Source of the DNA: Octopus sinensis
Taxonomy: Eukaryota
NCBI RefSeq assembly: GCF_006345805.1
Contig: NC_042998.1
Location: 82,770,001-82,834,000, forward strand
Length of the DNA: 64,000 nt
Direction of reading: 5' to 3'
Position 1 is the first letter of the stretch. Every line of letters begins with the position of its first letter. This document shows, piece after piece, positions 52,282 through 64,000 of this stretch. The position numbers were made by a program, and so were the translations under genes. The notes below the pieces were generated by a model. The model had not been told where the DNA came from. It searched no databases and saw only the letters and a program-made list of their open reading frames with translations.

Positions 52282-53904
52282 GTATGTATATGTATATATG
52301 GCAGATGGAAGATGGAATATACGAGAATTTATTAATCATGACAATTGTTTCAACACATCTGGCATCGATCCCTCATCAGTGGGACACTCAATAACTGGGT
52401 CAGGAGCATCGGTGGTGCAGATGTATCTCGTCAGGTGATAAATAAATACAGCTCGTTAAAATGACTGTTCTGCAATTTATCTTTCCATTTTGAAGAAAGA
52501 AAAGCAGCCAGATGGAGGAAATATCTTCATTTATATAGAAGATCAAAAGAAAAATCACAGATGGCAAAAAGAGAAACAAACTCGCAGTCCAGCAAGAAAA
52601 GTATATATGAGGTGTGTTCAAAATGTATTCAACTTTATTTTTACACACCAAAATTAATGGCCCTTGGGCAAAATCCTATAGGTAGGAGGTGACACCATCC
52701 TTCCTGCACATGTGTGAAAATTTTCATGCCAGTTGCATCGGAGCATAAAGCCAACAGAAATGCCACAAAATATTTTGTCTTCTGTGCTAACAATTCTTAC
52801 CATTCTAGCAATGTTCCACAGTGAGGAACATAATTGGATTTTTCAAACACTATAAGAACTTTCATTGTGAAACAGGGTTGCAGAGTGAATGATAAATTCT
52901 GATAAAACAGCTTCAATCCCAAATGGAATTGAAATTGCCTCATTTACCCAGCTTCTGTTCTTAAGAAATGTATAAACATCTTACAAACTTATATCCTCCT
53001 CCTGTAAACTTGTGTCCAAATATTTTTTTTTTAAAGTCAGTGTGAAGCCATGAATGTCTTTATAGATTAACACATATTAAAAATTTGAACATGACAGATA
53101 TCAACATTATTTTAATGATTTTCAATAATGAAGGGACTAAGAGAAAAGCTCTACCTTAAGAGAGCAAAGAAATATGAATCAGCTACAAGGCAACAATGAA
53201 AACAAATAGGAAAAGCAAAATGTTGAAGATTTCATTTTATGCCAAAATCTATTGCAAGATTAAAGATTCTCATTAATGCAGTATGGTTACAAAAGAATCA
53301 TATTTGATATTTTGAGAGTTTGTATAAATTTTCCATAAAATTGAATGCAAAAGTAATTAAATTGTGCAACAACAAATTAAAAAAGGCTATGATGTTGGCA
53401 AACACTTGATCATATGTAGATTTCAGAACATGGGTCCTAAAAAAGCCCAGGTAAAAGCAATGATGATGATTATAAAAACAGAAAAGGAGAATGTAGTGGA
53501 GGGGGATAAAATAGTGTTTGTGAATCATAAATTTACACAAAGGAATATTTTCAAATAAACAATGATTTAAATTCTAAAATCAAATTAAGATCCAAATTAT
53601 GTTTATTTGCTCAAATACTTTATGATTTAAAATCTTCATCCTTCATCTAAATGGTAATTATTACTAGATTACAAGCACACTCAACAATAATGTCTGTTTT
53701 CCTTGGTTATAATGAGGTAATCAATCATTACCTCATTCATTTTACACAGGTGTGTTATTCAGAGCTGGATGGGTGAATGAGTGGATGGCAAATATTTTTC
53801 TAATTTTCTCTTGTCATCAGTAATATCTATCAATGATGATTTATCCCTAAATATTTGTAACCAAGGGGTACTGACTAAGAAAACATTTTGTCTTGTGCTT
53901 GTCT

Positions 53905-54292
53905 TAGCCATTACATTTTAGGGTTAGTCAAGCAAATTGACCTGAGGAATATTGTTTTTTTAACTGCTACTTACTCTAGCAGACTCCTGTGCTAAAACAC
54001 TAAGTTATGAGGATGTAAACAAACCAACACTGACTGTCAACCATTGGGTAAACACAAACACACACACACACACACATTCATAAGTATACATATATGGATA
54101 TATATGCATATAAAACTATACATATAACAAGCTTTCACAAAATTTTTCAACCTACCAAATTCACTCACAAGACATTGGTCAACCCAGGGCTATGATAAAA
54201 ATCACATACCCGAGGTGCCACACAATGGGACTCAACCTGTAACCACATGGCTGTAAAGCAACCTCCTTAACCACACAGCTATGCCTGTGCCT
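53905..54292 (-). mobile_element. SINE family B, diverged
   Basis: Reverse-complement tail, (CA)/(TA) tract and head. Confidence 0.65.
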
Positions 54293-54584
54293 ATTAACTC
54301 CATTTATTTCTCTTTCATTCAGATTATGCCTGTTTTTCCATACCAACATTGGTTACAAAATGTATGTTATTGAGGGCCTTCCTTTAACTAACCCTTACCT
54401 TCTTTTTAAGCAAAGGATTTTTAATGCAAAGTGCAGAGTTGGCAAATGATTTGTTGACAATAGATTACCAATGCGCTTCATCATTTATGAATGCCTACAT
54501 AAAGCACATAATGCAAACATTTACACAGACACACTCACACACATATGTAACACATACCCACTATTCTTTTATTCATAATATGTT

Positions 54585-55320
<736 letters not shown>

Positions 55321-55484
55321 ACAGCATGTCTTCTATCTGTCACAGACTCCTATGGTTACATATTATTGCAGATACCCTTTGCAATTTGTGTTCATTCGTG
55401 AATAGCCTCTAAGTGCTGTTCATCTTTCATACATCATACAATCCTGATTGTTTTTCACCATTCATTCATTCATAGAATTTTTTT

Positions 55485-55693
55485 TTTCTACTCTAGACAA
55501 AAGACCCAAAATTTTTGGGGAGGGGCCTATTAATTAGATCAACCCCAATATGCAACGGGTATTTAATTTATTGACCCTGAAAGGTGAAAGGCAAAGTCAA
55601 CCTTTGTGGAATTAGAAGTCAGAATGTAAAGATAGATGAAATACTGCTAAGCATTTCACCCGGTATGCTAACGTTTCTGCCAGCTTGCCACCT
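55485..55693 (-). mobile_element. SINE family A
   Basis: Reverse complement of family A. Confidence 0.8.
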
Positions 55694-55708
55694 TTTCATA
55701 GAAATGTA

Positions 55709-56826
55709 TTAGGTTGTCCGGAAAATTCTGGGCATTTTTAAGCTAAATCTTTTAACGCTTCATTGAACACACCTGAAATGTAAACCTTTGGTTGCTCGAA
55801 GTGGTAGTGCATCTCTTCTTTGTTCCTGACTAAAAATAGATTTATCTTTCATTCTGGTTACCCTTTGTTGACATTTGAAATGGATAATAAAAATTTATAT
55901 CCACATTGTAATGCTTTTCTAATTTAAAAATGGAAAAAATGCTGCAAAGACTTGCAAAAACATTTGTAAAGTTTTTGTTGATGATGCTGTAGGTGAATCT
56001 AATGTTCAAAAGTGGTTTGCAAAATTTAAAGCTGGATAATTTATCGTGGAAGATGACAGTTACAGAGGAAGACATTCAAAATTGGATGAAGATGTTTTGA
56101 AGAAAAAAATCAAATATCATGACTAGAGAACATGCAGAAAAGTTGGATGTTTCTAAAAGTATGGCTTATGAACAGCTAGTGAAGCTATGATACATTTCTT
56201 GCTATAATGTATTGGTCTCTCACAAACTCTCAGCAAATAATTGCTTAGACCAGTATTCCATTTGTGATATGCTTTTGAAATGGAATGAAAGCATGCTTTT
56301 TATTTTTTTGAAACAGCTTGTGATTGGAGATGAAAAATGGATTGTCTACAAAAACGTATTGTGAATAAGATCCTAGAGTTCGCATAAGGATCCCCCCAAA
56401 AAGCAACTAAAGATGAGGCTAATTTGAACCAAAAAATTAAAGAATTGAGGCTGGAGACTGCCAACAGGAAAGGGGGTAGTGTTCCAACAAGATAATGTCT
56501 AACTACATGTGTCTTTGTCTACCTGAACAAAGCTACATGAACTTGGCTGGGATCTCTTTCCCCATCCACCATATTCTCCTGATAGTGTGCCATCTGACTG
56601 CCACTTGTTTTTGTCTCTACAGAACTCAATGCAAGGAAAAATATATAACCATTTAGATGGAGTCATAATGCATCTAGATAACTTTTTTTCTTCAAAACCA
56701 GTGAAATTTAATGCTGCTGGAATATTTAAATTGCCTGATATATGGGCAAAGGTCATTGATAATAATGGAAATTATTTTATTGAATAATATTTATTGAAAG
56801 GTTAAAAACAGAACTTTCCAGACAAC

Positions 56827-56830
<4 letters not shown>
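55709..56830 (+). mobile_element. mariner DNA transposon with decayed transposase
   Basis: TIRs ttaggttgtccggaaaattctg / cagaactttccagacaacctaa with TA flanks. Motifs VQKWFAKFKAG, GDEKW, HPPYSPD..PSDCHLF. Confidence 0.92.
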
Positions 56831-56876
<46 letters not shown>

Positions 56877-56939
56877 AGTGTGTGTGTGTGTGTAGGTAAT
56901 AACTATCTGTAGTTATTCTTCCATCTCTCTCTCTCTCTC

Positions 56940-56974
<35 letters not shown>

Positions 56975-57714
56975 AGGTGAAGACGCACTGTATTCACAAC
57001 TTCAGCAAGATATCTGTTCATGTCCCTCTATCATACTTTCATATCCCTCCATATTACACCCAATTCAGTTTAGGGGGTCCTGTCTTGAAAGTATCTGGTG
57101 ACCTCATTAGTGCTGGTGCCATAGAAAAGTACCCAGTACACCCTGTACAGTGGTTGGCATTAGGAAGGGCATCCAGCTGTAGAAACTATGCAGACATTAG
57201 AGCTCAGTACAACTCTCTGGCTCATCACACATGCCAGTATAGAAAAGAAAATGTTACAGTTGCATTAAGTTTCCCTAATGCGATCTAACAAGGCGTAAAC
57301 ATGTCCAAAGTTGTCATCCTAATGCTACACTATATTCCATATTCAATTAAGTTTAATTAATTAAAATTTCTAGATTATTTCCCCTGCCTATTAATTTACA
57401 GGAATTAGTCATTTAGATGATAAGTTGCTCCCATTAGTGTCAATGTAATTTTAATCCATTTAAATATTAATTAATCAACTATGCTAGTACCTTTTTTTCA
57501 CAATGAAGTTTCCACACAGCAGCTAACATCTCTAGGTATTGTTTTTCCCTAGTCATTGCTTATTAACATAGACCCTATCTGCAGGATTAAGATATTACTA
57601 CTAGTTTGTATTAAGATTCATGGAGTTGGAAATTGCTTGTTTCCTCTAGATTCTATCTGGCTTTGCCCATTCGCAAAAGTTTGATACAATAAATACACAA
57701 TATAAAAGTCACAA

Positions 57715-57947
57715 AAGGCAGCGAGCTGGCAGAATTGTTAGCATGCCAGGCAAAATGCTTAGTGGTATTTCGTCTGCCGTTATGTTCTGAGTACACATTC
57801 TGCCAAGGTCAACTTTGCCTTTCATCTTTTTGGGGTTGATTAAATAAGTACCAGTTACGCATTGGAGTTGATGTAATTGACTTAATTCCTTTGTCTGTCC
57901 TTGTTTGTCCCCTCTATATTTAGCCCCCTGTGGGCAATAAAGAAATA
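57715..57947 (+). mobile_element. SINE family A with LINE-derived tail (type 2) and 16-bp TSD
   Basis: TSD aatataaaagtcacaa at 57699-57714 and 57948-57963. Confidence 0.9.
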
Positions 57948-58329
57948 AATATAAAAGTCACAACAACAGCAGCAGCATCATATGTATATCCACTTCTTTC
58001 CGTGCTGGCATGAGTGGTACGAGACACTTTGAGGATGTTTTCTATGGAAGGATGTACTCCATGGCATCAAATATCATTTGTTTTTTTAAGAAAGTTTCTT
58101 TACTTCATATTCTTCTTCTTTTTTTTATTTGTTTTACTTGTTTCAGTCATTTGACTGTGACCCCAGAACTTATTCTTTGTAAGCCTAGTACTTATTCTAT
58201 CGGTCTTGTTTACCGATCCGCTAAGTTATAGGGGCATAAATGCACCAGCATTGGTTGTCAAGTGATGTTGGGGGACAAACACAGACACACAAACATATAC
58301 ACACACATACATATATATTCATGCCTTTT

Positions 58330-61300
58330 GCATTTTTTCTCCCCACACCTTTTAAATTTTTCCTCCCCACATCTTTATTTACCTTCTCTCTCCCCCCTTT
58401 TTCCCTTTTTTCTCCTTTCATTCCCTTCTCTTCTCATTTTACAATCATGCCTGATTACAAACCTTTTCTCCTCGACCTCCACAAATGTCTAAAGCAACAC
58501 CTTTGCACACTTCCTTCCCACTGCTTTCAGCCTTCCTTTAACCTTTCCCTATTCATTTTCAAAAAAACTTGTTTCTCTAGTCACATTTTATTTCTCAGTC
58601 ACTACTTACATCTCTAAAGGTTTCCACTTCCATTTCCACCTCACTCTCCACTCTGCTACAACCATCCTACCTATACTCCGTATTACATCCTACCACCTAA
58701 TGTGTGCCACCATTCGCTCCAATTTCTCCAAAATACACACCATCAACCATCTTCTCCCCCTTGATTTTTCCATCTTCTCCTCTTAGTCGCCCTCCCATGC
58801 CAACACCACATTACGTTATATAATTCATTTAAATCATCCCTTTCATCAATTTCTTGCTAACACCAAACAACACCAAACTCCACTCACTCCTCCATTCCAT
58901 CACACCTGATGCCACTACCCCAACTACTCCACTACCCCTCTCTCTCCCTGATACACTCCTCCACCATCACCCAACCTCCAACACCCGTCCATCCAAACAC
59001 CCATACACACATACCCCCATCCCATCCCTCCCAGCCTTCCGCCATCTTCAACACCCCTCCCACTTCTATCCCATCCACCTCTTCTCCACTTCAGTCTGTT
59101 GTTACCATTCCTCCAGATCTTTCCCCTCTCTGAGGCGGAGCGCTTCCTCCTCAGTAGTGGTCTGTGCTTCATCCCCCTCATTCAATCCAGCAACGAATTT
59201 TGGGCTCGTGCCAATATCCACAGCTTTGTGCGCCATGTTAGGTTGTGTGCGCTTTTCCACGACACTCCACCTGCATCTAATGAGGACTGCTTCACCGACC
59301 TGGGCCGCTGACCATCCCAGTGGACGCCAGCTCCTGGCCAATTCCAAGCAGTCAATCTTTATGCAGGCGCCTGCCAGCGTGCTGAGGAAAGGTTTAACTT
59401 TTCCAGGCATCCCCATCATCTAAACATCTCTCCAGCTGAACTCTTGGCTCTTCAATGTCTCCGACGCCACACTGACATCATCATAAAACTGGCCGACAAG
59501 AGTGGAGCTGTGGCGGTGTGGCGCGCGGAACTCTAGAAGGCTGAAGCTCTCCGCCAACATCAAGACACCTCCTTCTACTGCCCTCTGCCCTCTGACCACA
59601 TGCCCAGCTACCAACAGACTGTGTCCTCCACTATCCATGACCTCATCTTCTCCTCCCATCTCCCTCACCGCTTCCAACCTCATTGTCCGCACACCTCGCA
59701 CCCCCACCATTTACTTCCTCGCCAAAATCCCCAAACCTAGCAACCCTGACCGCCCCATCATCTCCGCCTACAACTGCCCCACCGAACTTATCACCAGATA
59801 TCTTGACCCCCTAGTGGTTTCCCTCCCCTCTCACATTCATGACACCAACTACGCGCTTCGTTTGTTCAACTCTCTCTCCTCTTCTGGCCCCTCTAAACTT
59901 CTCTTCACCCTCGACATCTAGAGCCATTGCATGGTGATCCCTCACCTCGAGGGGTTGCGTGCACTCCAACATTTGCTAGACCTTCGACTCAACCCCCAAC
60001 CTGACACACCCACACTCGTTCGTCTGGCCGAACTTGTCCTCTCACTCAACTGCTTCTCATTTGCGGGTGATTTCTACCAGCAAGTCTCGGGAGTGGCCAT
60101 GGGAACGAGAATGGGTCCCAACAAAGCAAACCTGTTCGTTGACTACATTGAGGCCCAAATATTCTAAAGTTTCACTGGTCTACTCCCGAACTATACGGCC
60201 GTTATATTGACAACTGTATCTGTGCGACCTCACTCTCCCGCGAACGTCTACACTCCTTCTCTTTTGTCAAATCTTTCCATCCTGCCATCCAATTCTCCTG
60301 CACTATCTCTAACACCTCTGTCTTCTTTCTTGACATTTCGGTCAGCATTCATCACTCCACTCTCACCACCTCCATCCACGACAAACACACAGACTCACAC
60401 TCATACCTCAACTTCTCTTCCTCCCACCCTAAACACACCAAGCTTTCCATCCCCTATTCCCAATTCCTCCGTCTACGCAGTCTCTGTAGAGACGACAATG
60501 ACTTTGCGACTCAGTCTCAACTCATGATTCACCATTGCATCCTACAAGGATATCCCCTCACCACTCTCCACACCGCCCTTGCCAGAGCACGTTCCATGGA
60601 CCGTGCATCTACTCTCTCCCCCGAAACTCGCCCCGCTGTTTCCCGCCTCCAATTTCCCCTCACCTACCACCTCACCACCCTACCTCTCCAATGCACCATT
60701 CTCCGAGCCTTCCAGTGACTCCAGTCCGACTCCTCCACTTCGCACATCTTCCCTAACCGCCCCCTCACCTCCTTCAATCGAGCCCACAACCTACCAGACC
60801 TCTTAGTCTACACCTTCTTCCCCAACCCAACCTCCAAACCGACTCGTTCCGCTGCTTCTGCCCACGCTGACGCAATTTCCCATACCTCTCCAACACCACC
60901 CTCCTCACCGGCACCCGTCATCGACCCTCTCACATCACCGACTCCTTCACCTGCACTTCCACCAATATCATCTACTGCATCTGCTGCTCTCTCTGCTCTT
61001 CTCTATACATCAGAAGATGTATGCTTGGCTGACCAGTTCGCTGAGCACCTCCAAAACATCTGACTCAACAATGACATCCCGGTTTCGCGCCATTTCTGCT
61101 CTACCGGTCACTCTTTGCAACACCTGTCCGTGTTTGGATTGTCTTTGCACAAGGTCCATCTGGACTCCCGTTTGCGCTGTAAACAGGGATTACTCTCCTC
61201 TCTTCGCTCCTTTGTGTCACATGGGCTCAACTCTCCTCCCCTCGTCATCTAACCTCCACCGCTGACACCTACATCCTCCTACCCACCTCTCTTCTCTTGC

Positions 61301-61413
61301 TCCGACTCCTACTTCTCTTCACTCTTAGCCACCTTCTCCTTCCCCCTTCATCATCACCCCTCCCTCGTAAGCCCACCCCACCCCTACACATTCTTTCCCC
61401 ACCTTCCCTATCA
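58330..61413 (+). mobile_element. Near full-length Penelope-like element (Neptune-type RT plus GIY-YIG), pseudogenised
   Basis: ORF from ~58447: KLADKSGAV, KIPKP..RPIIS, DTNYAL, FTLDI, YQQVSGVAMGTRMGP..ANLF, RYIDN. GIY-YIG-like CTSTNIIYCICCSLCSSLYI..FAEHL..PVSRHF with a C-x2-C linker. Multiple stops and frameshifts. Confidence 0.92.
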
Positions 61414-62120
61414 GCCAAATATGCTGAAAATAGACAAATTGTCAATGACCATTATAATTTATCACAATTAACATGTGTCTCGAAACAAGCCGATAAAAAA
61501 TTCCCTTATTACCGTATTGGTCCCAATTTCAGAGTTAATTCATAAGAATTTTCTCCTCCTCAGCGATAAATACGTAAGACATAAATGAAATACTTGCTCA
61601 TACCCATGGAAAAAGCAAGCACTAAGTCCTGAGCAGACCTAAGTACCCCAAATATATCCAAAATAGAAAATCCTCTTATTTTATAAGTTATTTATAAATT
61701 TAACCTTTAAAGATATTTTTTAGTATGCTGGCCATTGATAAAATTTTTTTTGAAAAATTTTATCCTATATTAAATGTAAATTTAATAGTGTTCACCTCTG
61801 GACTCTCACTCTGTGAAAGTTTCTAGTTCGAATCACACGTGACTCAAGATGTGCTGAAGATTTTCTATTTTGGATATATTTGGGGTACTTAGGTCTGCTC
61901 AGTGCTTGCTTTTTTCCATGGGTATGAGTAAGTATTTCATTTATGTCTTACGTATTTATCGCTGAGGAGGAGAAAATTATTATGAATTAACTCTGAAATT
62001 GGGACCAATATGGTAATAACGGAATTTTTTAGAAATTTCTATCAGCTTGTTTCAGAACACATGTTAATTGTGATAAATTATAATGGTTATTGGCAATTTG
62101 TTATTTTCAGCATATTTGGC
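61414..62120. mobile_element. Foldback/long-TIR element: ~260-bp inverted arms around a ~186-bp spacer
   Basis: gccaaatatgctgaaaata..aaaatagaaaatc (61414-61672) is inverted at 61859-62120. No TSD identified. Confidence 0.85.
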
Positions 62121-62179
62121 ATTAGAATTTTTTCTTTTGCCCTTATTTTATAAGTTATATATATATGTATGCATGTATA

Positions 62180-62570
62180 TTTGAGCGTGGCCATTGCCAG
62201 TACTGCCTGACTAGCCCTCGTACCTGTGGAACATAAAAACACCCACTACACTCTCAGGAAGGGCATCCAGCTGTAGAAACTCTGCCAGATCAGATTGGAG
62301 CCTGGTGCAGCCATCTGGTTTGCCAGTTCTCAGTCAAATTGACTAACCCATACCAGCATGGAAAGCGGACGTTAAACAATGATGATGATGATGATGATGA
62401 TGACGATGACGGCGGGCTTCTTTAAGTTTTTGTCTACCAAATCCACTCACAAGGCTTTGGTCAGATCTAGGCTATGGTAGAAGACATTTGCCAAAGGTGC
62501 CTGGCAGTGGGACTGAAGCCGGAACCATGTGGCTGGTAGGCAAGCTACTTACCACACAGCCACTCCTGCA
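62180..62570. mobile_element. Family D element (+) with (GAT)n tail abutting a family B head half (-)
   Basis: 62180-62410 and 62412-62570. Confidence 0.75.
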
Positions 62571-62597
62571 CACATACAACTTTTGGCAGACATTTTG

Positions 62598-62823
62598 TTA
62601 ACATTAGACATGGTGGCACTCCATTAAAAGTAATGTTTATTTATTCACATTGTTTTGAATTAATCATGGATTATACTGAAACTCTGAGATTTTGGTGGTG
62701 TGACTGTATGTTTATAGAATGACATTGTGGGGTAGGTTTGAGACGCCAGACCTTGATAGTTTGGACATTAAGCAGGTAATATATCTGGGTCAGATATAGA
62801 CAGACTAAATGCTGATGAGTTAA
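62598..62823. mobile_element. Degenerate piggyBac-type MITE
   Basis: Bounded by ttaa..aaatgctgatgagttaa. Termini are decayed. Confidence 0.45.
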
Positions 62824-63044
62824 CCCTTTTGTTACTGTATTTATTTTGAGATGTTCTGTGTTTCTTTCAATTACTTTAAATATAATAAAGAATTTAGTAA
62901 AATTACTTAGTCATCATTCAGCTAGTATTAGGGACATAAATTGTGACTAAAATTTGGAGGAAGATTTTAATTCAAAACTTATGAAAACAAAACATTTGTA
63001 CTACAAAGCCAGAACCGCTTTCAGCCAGGTTGTTAATGAAAGGG
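62824..63044. mobile_element. piggyBac-type MITE
   Basis: TTAA|ccctttt ... aaaggg|TTAA (62820-62823 and 63045-63048). Confidence 0.85.
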
Positions 63045-63481
63045 TTAAATGATATCAAAGCAAAGGTAAATGCTCTCTAACACTCACACACATACAGACA
63101 CACACACACACAGACACACACACACACACACACATACACACACACAAAAGTTAAATCATTTCAAAGCAGACAAATGCAAAAGTAAACACTTACACACACA
63201 TACACACACATACACACTCACACACATACACACACATACACACACTCACACCCAAGTTAAATCATATCAAAGTAAACACATACAAAGATAAATATTCACA
63301 CACACACACATTAAATCATATCAAAGCAAAGACATACAATAAACACTCATACACACACAAGTTAAATGATATCAAAGCAAAGACATACAAAGATAAACAC
63401 ACACATACACACACAGATACACACACACACACTCGCACACATGCACACACACATACACACAGACACACACATACACACACA

Positions 63482-63520
<39 letters not shown>

Positions 63521-63675
63521 GGTAAATGATATCAAAGCAAAGACCTACAAAGATAAACACTCACACACACGCACTCACACACATGCCCACTCATACACAA
63601 AGGCACACACTCACATACATACACACTCACATACATACACACTCACACACAGGTATAAAAGATCAAAAGCATAGA
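63045..63675 (+). repeat. Array of ~40-bp conserved units separated by variable (CA)-rich spacers
   Basis: gttaaat(g/c)atatcaaagcaaagacatacaaagataaac at ~63044, 63150, 63256, 63311, 63361 and 63521, with a degenerate copy at ~63653. Confidence 0.85.
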
Positions 63676-63779
63676 CACGACGTAACCAGGTATCAAATCA
63701 GTTTATCAATACCTGTATGTTTATATAACATATTGGAGAGAAATGCAAATAGATATGAAATATATCTTCTATCTTTTAT

Positions 63780-63960
63780 ATTTCACCTGTTTCAGTCATT
63801 TGACTGCGGCCATGCTGGAGCACCAGTTCTTACTATTAAGCCTGGTACTTACTCTATCAGTCTCTTTGCTGAAACATAAGTTATTGGGACATAAACAAAC
63901 CATCACCAGTTGTGAAGCAGTGAGGGGGACAAACACACACACACACACACACACATAGAC
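63780..63960 (-). mobile_element. SINE family B tail half
   Basis: gtttcagtcatttgactgcggccatgctggagcacc. Confidence 0.75.
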
Positions 63961-63966
63961 ATATAG

Positions 63967-64000
<34 letters not shown>

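Noticed and set aside
53364-53558. 64-aa ORF with KKGYDV, faintly RT-like
   Set aside because: No further RT motifs and no splice support.
53711-53737. Perfect 11-bp hairpin aatgaggtaat/attacctcatt with a let-7-like TGAGGTA
   Set aside because: Too short for a pre-miRNA, and similarity to let-7 stops after 7 nt.
57330-57480. TAAT/ATTA-rich stretch as a homeodomain enhancer
   Set aside because: Such motifs are expected by chance in AT-rich DNA; it cannot be supported without conservation data.

Overview
AT-rich animal genomic DNA; the SINE and LINE families suggest a coleoid cephalopod, probably Octopus (inference from family resemblance). There is no intact, recognisable protein-coding gene, rRNA, true tRNA or CRISPR array. 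Nearly all ORF-track calls are microsatellite translations, antisense frames or decayed transposon fragments. Transposons seen: two Penelope-like elements (1-985 and a near full-length one at 58.3-61.4 kb), Tc1, mariner and Tigger/pogo elements, piggyBac-type and palindromic MITEs, a Helitron, RTE and L1/Tx1-like LINE fragments, and several tRNA-derived SINE families. The most striking pattern is two groups of restriction-like-endonuclease (REL) non-LTR retrotransposons that appear sequence-specific. Six R4/Dong-like copies are stacked in an (AAT)n tract at 38.3-44.1 kb, which is a known target type. A second, distinct REL group has three copies, all inserted in (CATA)n microsatellites with the same polarity and different 5' truncation points; I do not know this target from the literature. 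Other leads: a tRNA-headed SINE-like unit with a Penelope-type hammerhead tail, a SINE subfamily carrying the 3' end of a LINE also present in the window, long hairpins that could be ADAR substrates, and weak minus-strand exon candidates at 19-23 kb. Coordinates were read by eye and repeat boundaries may be off by some bases.
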